A DNA stretch of 64,000 nucleotides from an uncultured Candidatus Rokubacteria bacterium (lineage in GTDB: Bacteria > Methylomirabilota > Methylomirabilia > Rokubacteriales > CSP1-6), in contig CAVTGC010000005.1 in the NCBI GenBank assembly GCA_963734175.1, forward strand, positions 6,329 to 70,328, written 5' to 3'. Shown piece after piece: positions 28,253 to 38,128 of the stretch; the first letter of the stretch is position 1; each line of letters begins with the position of its first letter. A program made the position numbers and the translations under genes. The notes below the pieces were generated by a model, which saw only the letters and a list, made by a program, of their open reading frames with translations, was not told where the DNA came from and searched no databases.

Positions 28253-29791
28253 CTACCGCCTGAGCTTCACGTCCTCGTAGGGCCCCGAGTAGGCGAAGCC
28301 CGGGATCAGGCCGATCCCCGACTCCTCGACGCGTGGCCCCACGCCGTTGAGGAATCCCAGCTGCCAGATGGGCGCGTACACGACCCGCTCGTGCAGGATC
28401 TGCTGGATCCGGTGCAGGGTGGCCTCCCGCCGCTTGGCGTCGAGATCGGCACCCTGCTCGTCGAACAGCCCGTCGAGGTCGGGGTAGCTGCCGTAGACGT
28501 AGGCGCCGCCGGTGGCGACGAAGGCCTCGAGCCGGGTAGCGGCGTTGCCGAAGGCGCCGCTCGACCCCTGGACGATGTTCTTGAACTTCTTCTCGGCGTA
28601 GCCGCTGAAGAACGCCGCCCGCTCCAGCGGCCGCAGGCGGGCACGGATGCCGACAGTCTGGAGATCGTTGAGCACGGCCTCGCCGAGGTTCGCGTAGGAG
28701 GTGTCGCAGAAGTACTCGCCGGCGTCGAAGCCGTTGGGGAAGCCGGCCTCGGCGAGGAGCCGGCGCGCCCGGGCCGGGTCGTGCACGGCCGCCGGCGGCT
28801 TCCAGAAGAACTCGAAGATGTCGGGAATGATGCTGTTGGGGATCCGGGAGTAGCCGAGCGTCTCCGCCTGGTTGACACCCTGGCGGTCGATGGCGAGGTT
28901 CGCGGCCTGCCGCACCTTCAGGTTGTGCCAGGGGGACTTGGCGTCCCACTGCTCGGGGAAGTAGAGCCAGAACGTTCCCTGCAGCACCGTCGGCGCCAGC
29001 TTCAGCCCCTCGGTGCGTCGGAGCTCTTCGGCCAGCGCTCCCCGGACCGAGTAGACGATGTCGACCTCGCCGCGCTTGAGCGCGGCCAGTCGCGTGGCCT
29101 CGTCGGGGACGACCTTGAACACCAGCCGCCGCACGGACGGGCGCTTGCGCCAGTAGCCGTCCACCGCCTCCAGCACGAGCGAGACGCCCGGCGTGAACGA
29201 GACGAACCGGTAGGGCCCGGCGCCGATGGGCGCCTTCTTGAAGCCCTCCTCGCCGACCTTCTCGACGTACTTCTTCGGAACGATCCAGCCGGCCCCGGTG
29301 GCCGTCGCGTAGAAGTTCAGGAAGTCCGGCCACGGCCGCTTGAGCCGGAAGCGGACCCGGCCGGGGTCCACCACCTCCACGGCGGCCACGCGCTCCTTCA
29401 GCGTCTTGGAGGCAGCGCCGCGGTAGCGCTCGAAGGAGAACTTCACGTCCTCCGCCGTCACCGGCTCGCCGTTGTGGAAGCGGGCGGCCTTGCGGAGCAC
29501 GAACTCGTGGACGAGGTGGTCCTTGGAGACGGTCCACGACTCGGCGAGGGCCGGCGCCAGCGGCTGGCCGGGCAGGGGCTTGGCCAGGGCGTCGTGCAGC
29601 GCGTAGTAGATCATGTACGGCGTGATCATCCCCGACGCCTCGGCGGGATCGAACCACGTGGGCGCCAGCGAGATGTGCACACCCCACGTGAGCTGATCGC
29701 TCTGGGCGGTGGCCGGCGCCGGCGCCGCCAGCCACGCGAGCACGAGCAGGAGCAGGACGGGGACGGTCGAGCGACCACGACGTGACGTCAT
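28253..29791 (-). CDS. ABC substrate-binding protein, family 5 (orphan)
   Basis: Signal peptide; LAESWTVSKD, FHNGEPVTAEDVKFS, PIGAGPYRF; TGATG-coupled to the upstream amidohydrolase. Confidence 0.9.
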   Translation of the reverse strand: MTSRRGRSTVPVLLLLVLAWLAAPAPATAQSDQLTWGVHISLAPTWFDPAEASGMITPYMIYYALHDALAKPLPGQPLAPALAESWTVSKDHLVHEFVLRKAARFHNGEPVTAEDVKFSFERYRGAASKTLKERVAAVEVVDPGRVRFRLKRPWPDFLNFYATATGAGWIVPKKYVEKVGEEGFKKAPIGAGPYRFVSFTPGVSLVLEAVDGYWRKRPSVRRLVFKVVPDEATRLAALKRGEVDIVYSVRGALAEELRRTEGLKLAPTVLQGTFWLYFPEQWDAKSPWHNLKVRQAANLAIDRQGVNQAETLGYSRIPNSIIPDIFEFFWKPPAAVHDPARARRLLAEAGFPNGFDAGEYFCDTSYANLGEAVLNDLQTVGIRARLRPLERAAFFSGYAEKKFKNIVQGSSGAFGNAATRLEAFVATGGAYVYGSYPDLDGLFDEQGADLDAKRREATLHRIQQILHERVVYAPIWQLGFLNGVGPRVEESGIGLIPGFAYSGPYEDVKLRR

Positions 29792-30996
29792 CACTTGCCC
29801 GCGGCGGCGGCCGCGTCGGCCTTCGCGAAGTGCGCGTCGGTGAAGCCGTAGAGATGGGCACCGCCCATGAAGATCTGGGCGGCGATCTCGCGCGGCACGT
29901 TCTTCATGAGGTTCTCGGCCACGTGCGGGAAGTTGGAGTCGAAGTGCGGGTAGTCGGTCGAGATGCACATGCGGTCGGCGCCGATGAGGCCGGCCGTGGC
30001 CTCGATCTCCGGCTCGCTGCCCTCCACCGCCGCCCAGCAGTTGCGCCGGAAGTACTCGCGCGGCGTCATGGCCAGGTACGGCGCGTGGGTGTCGCGGTAC
30101 TGCGGATAGTCCCACTCGATGCGCGAGAGCAGGCCGGGCACCCAGGAGTTCTGGGCCTCCAGGAAGCCGACCCGCAGCTTGGGGTGGAACTCGAACACGC
30201 CGCCGATGATCATCGCGATCAGCGCCTGCTGCATCTCGATCCAGTGGCTGGCCACGTGGCGGTAGAAGCGGTTCTCGCCGTAGAGCACGTTGTGGTACGA
30301 GTAGTGCGCGCCCGTTCCCTCGTGGAACCCCCAGGTGACGTTCAGGTCCTCGTGCACGGTGTAGAGCGGGTCCCAGTAGTTGGAGTGCCAGTAGCGGCCG
30401 TTGACCATGTTGGGTCGGATGAACGAGCCCACCGCGCCCAGCTCGCGCACGCACCGCACCAGCTCCCGGCAGGCCACGTGCACGTCGTGCACCGGCAGCA
30501 TGGCCACGAACTTGAGGCGGTCGGGGCTGTACCGGCAGAACTCGTGGATCCAGTTGTTGTAGGCCTGGCAGACCCCCAGCGACAGCTCCGGGTCGAGGTC
30601 GTTGCGCGCGAGCAGCGACAGCCCGTTGGTCGGGTAGAGGACGGCGATGTCCACGCCCTCCATCTGCATGCCCATCACCTGGGCCTCGGGGTCGTAGCCG
30701 CGCTGGATCGCGAAGTCCAGGCGACCGGTGTCGGCCAGGCGCGAGCCGGACAGCGGCTGCGTGCTCTGGGTGGCGCCGGCCCGCGACCGCTTGCGGAACT
30801 GCTGCATGTCGGCGTCGCCGGTGCCGGGCAGGCCGTCGATGATCGTCTGCGCGGAGGTGCCCCGCCGGGCCTTGCCGTCGGCACCGATCGGCGTCAGGAC
30901 GCGGCCCTTGAACTTCGGATCGAGATAGCGCTCGAACAGATCGGGCGGCTCCATGATGTGCATGTCGGAGTCGACGAACCGCAGGCCGTCTTTCAT
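29791..30996 (-). CDS. Amidohydrolase family 2 protein
   Basis: DSDMHIME, FHEG, VFEFHPKLRVGFLEA, STDYPHFD. Confidence 0.9.
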   Translation of the reverse strand: MKDGLRFVDSDMHIMEPPDLFERYLDPKFKGRVLTPIGADGKARRGTSAQTIIDGLPGTGDADMQQFRKRSRAGATQSTQPLSGSRLADTGRLDFAIQRGYDPEAQVMGMQMEGVDIAVLYPTNGLSLLARNDLDPELSLGVCQAYNNWIHEFCRYSPDRLKFVAMLPVHDVHVACRELVRCVRELGAVGSFIRPNMVNGRYWHSNYWDPLYTVHEDLNVTWGFHEGTGAHYSYHNVLYGENRFYRHVASHWIEMQQALIAMIIGGVFEFHPKLRVGFLEAQNSWVPGLLSRIEWDYPQYRDTHAPYLAMTPREYFRRNCWAAVEGSEPEIEATAGLIGADRMCISTDYPHFDSNFPHVAENLMKNVPREIAAQIFMGGAHLYGFTDAHFAKADAAAAAGK

Positions 30997-31029
30997 CGCA
31001 CCCTCCTCTGCATTGACGAGCGGTGGTGG

Positions 31030-32538
31030 TCAAGCGCCGCCGACGTAGCGGGCGACGTGGTACGGCACGTGGGCGAGCCCGGGACAGAACCGGCCGACGA
31101 TCGGCGCCAGCCGTTCGTAGAGCGCCTTGTTGGGCGCGGTGACCTCGACCAGCCGCCGCCGGGCCGCCTCGACCTCGCGGGCGAGGGCAGGCACGTCCAC
31201 GGTCGTCACCCGACGGTGCTCGACGACCAGGCGACCGCCGATCATCACGTGGGTCACCGCACTGCCGTCCTCGGTGTGGACGAGCTGGTTGGTGCCGTCA
31301 TTGAGCGGGATCCAGTTCGGATGCGCGAGGTCGAGGAACACGACGTCGGCCTTGTAGCCCGGCGCCAGCCGACCGATCTGGCCTTCGAGACCGAGCGCCC
31401 GGGCGCTGCCCTCGGTGGCCGCCAGCGCGACCTCGTCGGTGCGCACCCACCGGGCCACGTCGGGGCCGCGGCCCTTGGACACCAGCGAGGCCAGCCGCAT
31501 CGACTCGTACATGTTGAGGTTGTCCGAGCAGTTGGCGCCGTCGGTGCCGATGGCGACGTTCACCCGGCGCTCGAGCATCGCCCGCATGTCGGCCAGGCCG
31601 TTGCCGAGGCGCAGGTTGCTGCCGGGGTTGTGCGAGACCGAGGCGCCGTGGTCGCCCAGGCGCTTCATGTCGTCCTCGTCCAGCCACACGCCGTGGGCGA
31701 CCGTGAAGTTCGGCCCGAGGGCACCGAGGGCCTCGAGGTGGGCGGTCAGGGTCTTGCCGTATCGCTGCAATCCCACCACGGCCTGCACCTTCGACTCCGC
31801 CACGTGGCTGTGCAGACCCACGCCGTGTTCCTTGGCGAGGTCGGCGCAGGCGCGGATGAACTCATCCGAGCAGTGGTGGGGGATCGTCGGCGCCACCGCC
31901 AGCCGGACGTGCTCGCGATCGAGCGTCCACCCTTTCAGGGCGGCGGCGAGGCCGGCCAGCGTGGTCTTCCACGCCGGCGGCCGTAGCGCCTCGACCTCCT
32001 GGCGCAGCCCCGGCGTGAGCACGTCGTGCAGACCGGGGATCGCCTCGAAAACCGAGCGGTCGGCCACCATCGGCGCGATCACCGCGCGCATGCCGACGTC
32101 CGCGTAGCCGCGCGCCACCGCCTCCGCGCCCTCCAGCGTGGGGACCGGCAGCTCCAGCGGCAGGTCGTAGGCGGCCGTGCAGCCCTTGAGGACCATCTCG
32201 ACGGCGCCGAGCTTGGCGCTGAGGTGGCGGTCGTGCATCGTGCGGCCGGCGTTGATCCAGCTCCCGGCCGTGAGCAGCAGCTCGAGCGTCCACAGGTCGC
32301 CCATGCCCTTGGCGAGGTTGCCGTGGGCGTGCGTGTGGCCGTTGATGAGCCCGGGGTGCAGCAGCAGACCCCGCGCGTCGATCACCCGGGCGTCGCCGGG
32401 GGCGGCCAGCCCCGGGCCGCCGACCTCGGTGATGGTGTCGCCGGTCACGAGGATGTCGGCCGCTTCCGCGCGGTGGGCCCGGATGTCGAGCAGGAGGCCG
32501 CCGCGGATGATCGTCGCCGGGCCGGTCGAGGTCGTCAT
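31030..32538 (-). CDS. Metal-dependent amidohydrolase/deaminase (AtzA/TrzN/MTA-deaminase-like)
   Basis: PGLINGHTHAH, HSHVAES, AHGVW, HNPGSN, GTDG motifs. Confidence 0.85.
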   Translation of the reverse strand: MTTSTGPATIIRGGLLLDIRAHRAEAADILVTGDTITEVGGPGLAAPGDARVIDARGLLLHPGLINGHTHAHGNLAKGMGDLWTLELLLTAGSWINAGRTMHDRHLSAKLGAVEMVLKGCTAAYDLPLELPVPTLEGAEAVARGYADVGMRAVIAPMVADRSVFEAIPGLHDVLTPGLRQEVEALRPPAWKTTLAGLAAALKGWTLDREHVRLAVAPTIPHHCSDEFIRACADLAKEHGVGLHSHVAESKVQAVVGLQRYGKTLTAHLEALGALGPNFTVAHGVWLDEDDMKRLGDHGASVSHNPGSNLRLGNGLADMRAMLERRVNVAIGTDGANCSDNLNMYESMRLASLVSKGRGPDVARWVRTDEVALAATEGSARALGLEGQIGRLAPGYKADVVFLDLAHPNWIPLNDGTNQLVHTEDGSAVTHVMIGGRLVVEHRRVTTVDVPALAREVEAARRRLVEVTAPNKALYERLAPIVGRFCPGLAHVPYHVARYVGGA

Positions 32539-32592
32539 GGGCCGTCCTTCACCTGCGAGGTCGTCGTGGTTGTGGCAGTATACGCGAGCGTC

Positions 32593-33606
32593 ATGCGAAT
32601 CGGCTTTCATCTCACCCCGTTCTGGAGTCCGACCGATCGACCCCCGACCCGGATCATCGACGAGGCCATCGAGGTCGTCGCCGCCGCCTCGCGGATGGGC
32701 TTCGCGTGGGTGTCGATCGGCCAGCACTGGCTCTCGCACCCCACGGTGTGGCCGCAGCCGCTGCCGATGCTCGCGCGGCTGGCGCCGGAGACGGGCGCCA
32801 TGCGGCTGAAGACCTCCGTGCTGCTGCTGCCGATCCTCAACCCGGTCGAGGTCGCCGAGGGCGTCGCCACGCTCGACCACATCACGCACGGGCGGCTCGA
32901 CGTCGGCGTGGCCATCGGCTATCGCGAGCTGGAGCTGGGCGTGGCCGGCCTCGTTCGAGCCGACCGGGTGCCCAAGCTCGAGGAGTCGCTCGCGCTCATG
33001 AAATCGCTCTGGCGCGGCGAGGAGGTCACCTTCAAGGGTCGCTACACGCGCGTGGAGGGCGGCCGCCTGGGCTTCACGCCGTACCAGACGCCGCACCCGC
33101 CGCTCGAGATGGGCGCGCAGAGTGAGGGAGCCACCCGCCGGGCCGCGCGATTGACCGATGGCGTGTTCTTCGGCCCCCAGCTCGGCTGGGCCGACGTCGC
33201 CCGGTTCGGCGCGATGTTCCGCGAGGAGCGCGCCGCCGTCGGGGCGGCCACCGCCGGCTACGTGGGCGCCTCGCGCAGCCTGATCGTCGGCGCGTCGAAG
33301 GAAGCCGCGGCGGCGGCGGCGCGCGGCTATCTGGAGAAGACGTTCACCATGTACCGCACGTGGCGCATGCAGGAGTCCACCATGGGCCGCCTGCAGCTCG
33401 GCTTCGAGGCCAGCCTGGACGACTGGACCATCCACGGCTCGCCGGCCGACTGCGTGGAGACGATCGAGCGGGCTCGCGCCATGGGCCTCGAGCGCATCGG
33501 CTTCACGATCTACAGCCTGCCGCCCGACGTCCGCGCCCGCATCGACTACCTACAGATGATCGCCGAGCGGATCGTGGCGCCCGTGAGCGATGCGCGTCGC
33601 CCGTGA
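32593..33606 (+). CDS. LLM-class flavin-dependent oxidoreductase
   Basis: SIGQHW, NPVEVAEGVATLDHITHGRLDVGVAIGYR. Confidence 0.88.
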   Translation: MRIGFHLTPFWSPTDRPPTRIIDEAIEVVAAASRMGFAWVSIGQHWLSHPTVWPQPLPMLARLAPETGAMRLKTSVLLLPILNPVEVAEGVATLDHITHGRLDVGVAIGYRELELGVAGLVRADRVPKLEESLALMKSLWRGEEVTFKGRYTRVEGGRLGFTPYQTPHPPLEMGAQSEGATRRAARLTDGVFFGPQLGWADVARFGAMFREERAAVGAATAGYVGASRSLIVGASKEAAAAAARGYLEKTFTMYRTWRMQESTMGRLQLGFEASLDDWTIHGSPADCVETIERARAMGLERIGFTIYSLPPDVRARIDYLQMIAERIVAPVSDARRP

Positions 33607-34033
33607 GGTCGCCCTGGCCGCGCCGACCGAGATCGTGTGGCGGCTCCTGTGGGACGTGCCGCGCATGGTCGGCTGCGTGCCGGGCTGCGTGGAGGCGCGC
33701 GAGGTGGAGCCGCGCCAGCGCTACCAGGCGCGCATGAGCCAGCGGGTGGGGCCGATCGCGCTGTCGGTGCCGCTCGACATCCGCGTCACCGAGGAGGCGC
33801 CGGGCCGGCTGGCGCTGCAGGCCCGCGGGCGCGACCGTCTGCTCGCGGCCGAGGTCCACATGTCGGTGCATCTGGCCGTCGACGGCACGGAGGCTGGGAG
33901 CCGGCTGGTCATCGAGGCCGAGGGCCGGGTGCTCGGCGCGCTGGGCGCCCTCGGCGCCAGCGTCATCCAGCGCCGGGCCGAGGATCTGGTGGACGAGTTC
34001 GTGGCCCGCCTGCAGGGCGCCCTCGGCGGCTGA
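33590..34033 (+). CDS. CoxG/SRPBCC-family protein
   Basis: VWRLLWDVPRMVGCVPGC; G.LGALG.SVIQRRAE. Confidence 0.8.
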   Translation: MRVAREVALAAPTEIVWRLLWDVPRMVGCVPGCVEAREVEPRQRYQARMSQRVGPIALSVPLDIRVTEEAPGRLALQARGRDRLLAAEVHMSVHLAVDGTEAGSRLVIEAEGRVLGALGALGASVIQRRAEDLVDEFVARLQGALGG

Positions 34034-34036
34034 CCC

Positions 34037-34930
34037 GTGCTGCGCGCCTTCGAGCTGCATCGACCGACGACGGTCGCCGAGGCGGCGGCGCTGCTGGCCG
34101 CGCGGCCCGAGGCCGCGCTCTACGCGGGTGGCACCGAGCTGCTGCTCCTGATGAAGGCCGGCCTCGTGCGACCCGCCGACGTGATCGACCTCAAGCGTAT
34201 CCCCGGTCTCGACGGCCTCGCCGAGGCGGCCGGTGGACTGGCGATCGGCGCCACCGTCACCCACCGGGCGCTCGAGCGCGACCCGGTCGTCCGCGCCCGG
34301 TGGCCGCTGGTCGCCGCCGTGGCCGCCCACGTCGCCAACGTGCGCGTGCGCAACGTCGGAACCGTCGGCGGCAACCTGGCCTTCGCCGACCCGCACAGCG
34401 ATCTCGCCACGCTGTTCCTGCTCTTCGACGCGACGGTGGGACTGGCCTCGGCGACCGGCGCCCGCGAGCTGCCGCTGGCCGAGCTGATCCGCGGCCCCTA
34501 CGAGACGGCGCGTCGACTCGACGAGGTGCTCACCGGCGTACGGTTGCGCGCGTGGCCGGCTCGCACGGTCGGTGTCTACGTGAAGTTCGGCCTGCACGAG
34601 CGGCCCACGCTCGGCCTCGGCCTGGCCGTCACGCTCGACGCGAGCGATCGCGTCATCGCCGCCCGCCTGGCCGTGGGCTGCGTGAGCCCGCGACCCCACC
34701 GCGTCGAGGCGGCCGAGCGGGCGCTGGTCGGCCACCCGGTCGGCACGCGCGCCGACGAGGTGGCCACGCTGGCGGCGGCGGCGGTGGACCCGCTGAGCGA
34801 CCTGCACGGCGGCGCCGACTACAAGCGAGAGCTGACGCGCGTCTTCACCCGACGGGCGCTCGCCGCCGTCACCGCGCGCGCCCACAGCCGTCCCCTCGAC
34901 GCCCGATACCCGCATGCCATCGTCGTTTGA
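34037..34930 (+). CDS. Molybdenum hydroxylase FAD-binding (medium) subunit
   Basis: AGGTELL, VRNVGTVGGNLAFADPHSD, D..G.ADYKR. Confidence 0.9.
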   Translation: MLRAFELHRPTTVAEAAALLAARPEAALYAGGTELLLLMKAGLVRPADVIDLKRIPGLDGLAEAAGGLAIGATVTHRALERDPVVRARWPLVAAVAAHVANVRVRNVGTVGGNLAFADPHSDLATLFLLFDATVGLASATGARELPLAELIRGPYETARRLDEVLTGVRLRAWPARTVGVYVKFGLHERPTLGLGLAVTLDASDRVIAARLAVGCVSPRPHRVEAAERALVGHPVGTRADEVATLAAAAVDPLSDLHGGADYKRELTRVFTRRALAAVTARAHSRPLDARYPHAIVV

Positions 34931-37685
34931 CGTCCGCCTGCGCGTGAACGGCCGGGCCACGGCGCTGGCGCTCCCGGCCGAGGCGCTCTTGCTCGACGTG
35001 CTGCGCGACCGGCTCGGTCTCAAGGGGGCCAAGCGCTCGTGCGACAGCCAGGTGTGCGGGGCCTGCACGGTGCTGGTGGACGGCGCCGCCGTGAGCGCGT
35101 GCACGTACCTGGCCGTGGAGGCGGACGGGCGCGAGGTGCTCACCGTCGAGGGGCTCGCCGCGGACGGGCGACTCGGGCCCATCCAGCAGGCGTTCGTCGA
35201 CCGCGGCGCCGTGCAGTGCGGCTTCTGCACGGCCGGCATGCTGATGACCGCCCGGGCGCTCGTGGCCGAGCAGCCGGCGCCGACGCGCGAGATGGCGCTG
35301 CATTACCTGCGCGGCAGCCTGTGCCGCTGCACTGGCTACCGCAAGATCGTCGACGCGATCGTGGGCGAGGCGGCGCCGGTCGAGCGCCCGGTCAGCGGGG
35401 CGGGGGCGCTCCGCGTGGTGGGTCGCTCGGTGCCCCGCACCGACGCCGTCGACAAGGTCACCGGTCGCGCTCGCTACGTGACTGACCTGGAGCTGCCGGG
35501 CATGGCCCACGCCCGGCTCCTGCGCTCGCCCTACGCGCACGCGCGCCTGGTCCGCGTCGACGTGAGCCGCGCGCGGGAGCTGCCAGGCGTGTACGCCGTG
35601 CTCACCGGGGCCGACCTCACGTGGTGCGATCCGTACCACGGGCCCGCCTTCCGCGACCGGCCCGTGCTGGCCATCGACGTCGTTCGCCACGAGGGTGAGC
35701 CGGTGGTCGCGGTAGCGGCGGTTGATGCCGCCACCGCCGCCTCCGCGCTGGACCTGGTCGAGATCGAGTGGGAGGAGCTCCCGGCGGTCACTACGCTGGA
35801 GGAGGCGCTGGCCCCGGGGGCGCCGCTGGTGCACACGACGGCACCGCTGTCCGGCCACTTCGCCGATCTCTCCAGCCTGCGCCCGCGACCCGGCACCAAC
35901 GTGTGCCATCAGTTCGGCTACGCCCGTGGTGACGTCGAGGCCGCCCTGGCCGCAGCCGACGTGGTCGTGGAGGACACCTTCACCTTCCCGCGCGTCCAGC
36001 ACGTGGCCTTGGAGCCGCACGCCGCCATCGCCGCCTGGGACGACGCCGACAGCCTCACGGTGTGGGCCTCGACCCAGAACCCGTTCTCGGTGCGCGTCGA
36101 GCTGGCCAAGATGTTCGACGCGCCGCTCGGGCGCATCCGTGTCGTCGTGCCGCTGGTCGGCGGCGGCTTCGGCAGCAAGACGTACGCGAAGCTGGAGCCC
36201 GTCGCCGCCGTCCTCGCCCGGGCCGCCGGCCGTCCGGTGCGGGTGGCCATCTCCGCCGAGGATGCCTTCCGCACGGTGCGCCGCTGCGATGCCCGCACGC
36301 AGGTGCGCCTGGGGTTCCGCCGCGACGGGACGCTGGTGGCGGTGGACTGCCACGCCGACTTCGACGTGGGCGCCTACGCCGACATCGGGCCCCGCATCAT
36401 CCAGAAGGGCACGTACACCGCGACCGGCCCCTATCGTGTTCCCCACGTGCGGCTGGCCAGCACCGCCGTCTACACGAACACGACGCCAGGTGGCGCCTTC
36501 CGCGGCTTCGGGGTGCCGCAACTGGCATGGGCGGTGGAGTCGCTGGTGGACGAGGCGGCGCGGCGACTCGATCGCGACCCCGTCGAGCTGCGCCGGCAGA
36601 ACCTCCTGGCCCACGGCGAGGAGTTCGCGCCCGGCGACACGCCGATCGACGGCAAGTTCGAGGAGAGCCTGTCGCGGGCGGCCGAGGCGATTGGCTGGAC
36701 GCAGGCGATCGCCGCCGACCGGGCTCGCGGCGTGGCCATGATGCTGAAGGCCAGCATCGCACCGTCGGTGTCGGAGGCGATCGTGCGGCTGCATGCCGAT
36801 GCCAGCGTGACGGTGCTGGCCAGCACCGTGGAGCTGGGGCAGGGCGCACGCACGGTCATGGCCCAGATCGCCGCCGAGGTGCTGGCGGTGCCGCTCGATC
36901 GCGTGACGGTGCTGCTGCCCGACACCAGCGTGACGCCCTACGACCAGACGACCAGCTCCAGCCGCTCGACCACGATGGTCGGCAAGGCCGTGCAGGAGGC
37001 GGCCGGCGACGTGGTCGAGCAGCTGCTGCGGATCGCCGCCCGCGCGCTCGGGGCGCCGGGCGCCGCCCTCCGCGTCGAGGCCGGCGCCGTCTGCCACGGG
37101 GACGGCCGGGTCGAGTACGCCGCCCTGCTGCGCGCGCACTTCGGCATGGCCGGTGGCGAGCTGATCGGCCGCGGCGTGGTCGCGCCGGGGCCGAGCGCGG
37201 CCCCGCTCGGCGGGAGCACGCCGTTCTGGGAGACCGCGGTCGGCGCCGCCGAGGTCACGGTGGACGTCGAGACCGGCGCCGTCACCGTGGAGGACTACGT
37301 CTCGGTCGCCGACGTCGGCCGCTGCATCAACCCGCTGTCGTGCGAGACCCAGGACGAGGGCGCGGTGGTGCAGGGCCTCGGCCACACCCTGTTCGAGGAG
37401 ATGGTCTACGACGGCGGCCAGCTCATGAACGGCACGCTCCTGGCGTATCGGGTGCCGCGGGCCGACGATGTGACGGGCCGGCTGGAGTGCCGGTTCGTCG
37501 AGAACGCCGACGGGCCGGGGCCGTTCGGGGCCAAGGGGGCGGGCGAGGGGAGCCTGGTGCCCGTGAGTCCGGCCGTCGGTAACGCGCTCACCCGGTTGAC
37601 TGGCATCCGGTTCCGCGAGCTGCCGCTCACCCCGGAGCGTGTGTGGCGCGCGCTCCGTCAACGCGAGCCGAGGAGGACACCATGA
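34914..37685 (+). CDS. Fused [2Fe-2S] small plus molybdopterin large subunit, xanthine dehydrogenase family
   Basis: CDSQVCGAC, QCGFC and CRCTGY, followed in frame by GGGFGSK, GGAFRGFG and KGAGE (catalytic Glu). Confidence 0.9.
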   Translation: MPSSFDVRLRVNGRATALALPAEALLLDVLRDRLGLKGAKRSCDSQVCGACTVLVDGAAVSACTYLAVEADGREVLTVEGLAADGRLGPIQQAFVDRGAVQCGFCTAGMLMTARALVAEQPAPTREMALHYLRGSLCRCTGYRKIVDAIVGEAAPVERPVSGAGALRVVGRSVPRTDAVDKVTGRARYVTDLELPGMAHARLLRSPYAHARLVRVDVSRARELPGVYAVLTGADLTWCDPYHGPAFRDRPVLAIDVVRHEGEPVVAVAAVDAATAASALDLVEIEWEELPAVTTLEEALAPGAPLVHTTAPLSGHFADLSSLRPRPGTNVCHQFGYARGDVEAALAAADVVVEDTFTFPRVQHVALEPHAAIAAWDDADSLTVWASTQNPFSVRVELAKMFDAPLGRIRVVVPLVGGGFGSKTYAKLEPVAAVLARAAGRPVRVAISAEDAFRTVRRCDARTQVRLGFRRDGTLVAVDCHADFDVGAYADIGPRIIQKGTYTATGPYRVPHVRLASTAVYTNTTPGGAFRGFGVPQLAWAVESLVDEAARRLDRDPVELRRQNLLAHGEEFAPGDTPIDGKFEESLSRAAEAIGWTQAIAADRARGVAMMLKASIAPSVSEAIVRLHADASVTVLASTVELGQGARTVMAQIAAEVLAVPLDRVTVLLPDTSVTPYDQTTSSSRSTTMVGKAVQEAAGDVVEQLLRIAARALGAPGAALRVEAGAVCHGDGRVEYAALLRAHFGMAGGELIGRGVVAPGPSAAPLGGSTPFWETAVGAAEVTVDVETGAVTVEDYVSVADVGRCINPLSCETQDEGAVVQGLGHTLFEEMVYDGGQLMNGTLLAYRVPRADDVTGRLECRFVENADGPGPFGAKGAGEGSLVPVSPAVGNALTRLTGIRFRELPLTPERVWRALRQREPRRTP

Positions 37686-38083
37686 CGCGACAGAACATCC
37701 AGCCCGAGGCCCTTGCCAAGCGCGTGGTCGGTGGCCATGTGCTCTACTCCCACGTGGTCGTCGTGGAGGCGAAGAAGACGATCTTCGTCTCCGGCCAGCT
37801 CGCCCGCAACGCCCGGGGCGAGGTGGTGGGCAAGGGAGACATGGGCGCCCAGATCCGCCAGACCGGGGAGAACATCAAGGCTGCGCTGGCCGCGGCCGGT
37901 GCCACGCTGAACGACATCGTCAAGACCAACACCTACGTCACCGACATCGAGGAGTTCTTCAAACATACGGACGTGCGCATGGAGTACTTCGGCGCCCTGC
38001 CGACGAGCACGACCGTGGAGGTGCGCAAACTGGCCCATCCCGACCTCATGGTCGAGGTAGAGGTCATCGCGATGGTGCCCTGA
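37682..38083 (+). CDS. RidA/YjgF-family protein
   Basis: YSHVV, IFVSGQ, QIRQTGENI, PTSTTVEVRKLAHPDLMVEVEVIA. Confidence 0.88.
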   Translation: MTRQNIQPEALAKRVVGGHVLYSHVVVVEAKKTIFVSGQLARNARGEVVGKGDMGAQIRQTGENIKAALAAAGATLNDIVKTNTYVTDIEEFFKHTDVRMEYFGALPTSTTVEVRKLAHPDLMVEVEVIAMVP

Positions 38084-38128
38084 GCTCCCGAAAGTCGTTG
38101 GCCCAGTATAAGCATTAACCCAAGCGCC

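Noticed and set aside
28124-28255. Riboswitch in the ~120-nt leader of the FAH-family gene
   Set aside because: Small hairpins exist (CGGAG-AA-CTCCG), but no TPP, cobalamin, SAM or purine consensus could be matched by eye.
27314-37661. Long ORFs 27314-29785 (+), 27336-29861 (-), 29782-31986 (+) and 34869-37661 (-), and the apparent 926-aa and 801-aa fusions (28253-31033, 31030-33435)
   Set aside because: They are Arg/Gly/Pro-rich alternate-frame or antisense translations with no motifs. The real starts are 29791 and 32538, supported by signal peptide, coupling or RBS.
33590-37685. Aerobic carbon monoxide dehydrogenase (coxGMSL)
   Set aside because: The large-subunit loop is GAFRGFG, not AYxCSFR (form I) or AYRGAGR (form II), and no coxDEF genes are present.
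38099-38114. Sigma54 promoter TGG-CCCAGTATAA-GC before the Pro-rich gene
   Set aside because: GG-N10-GC spacing is present, but the -12 context is AAGC rather than TTGC and the same bases fit a sigma70 -10 (TATAAG). Too ambiguous to call.
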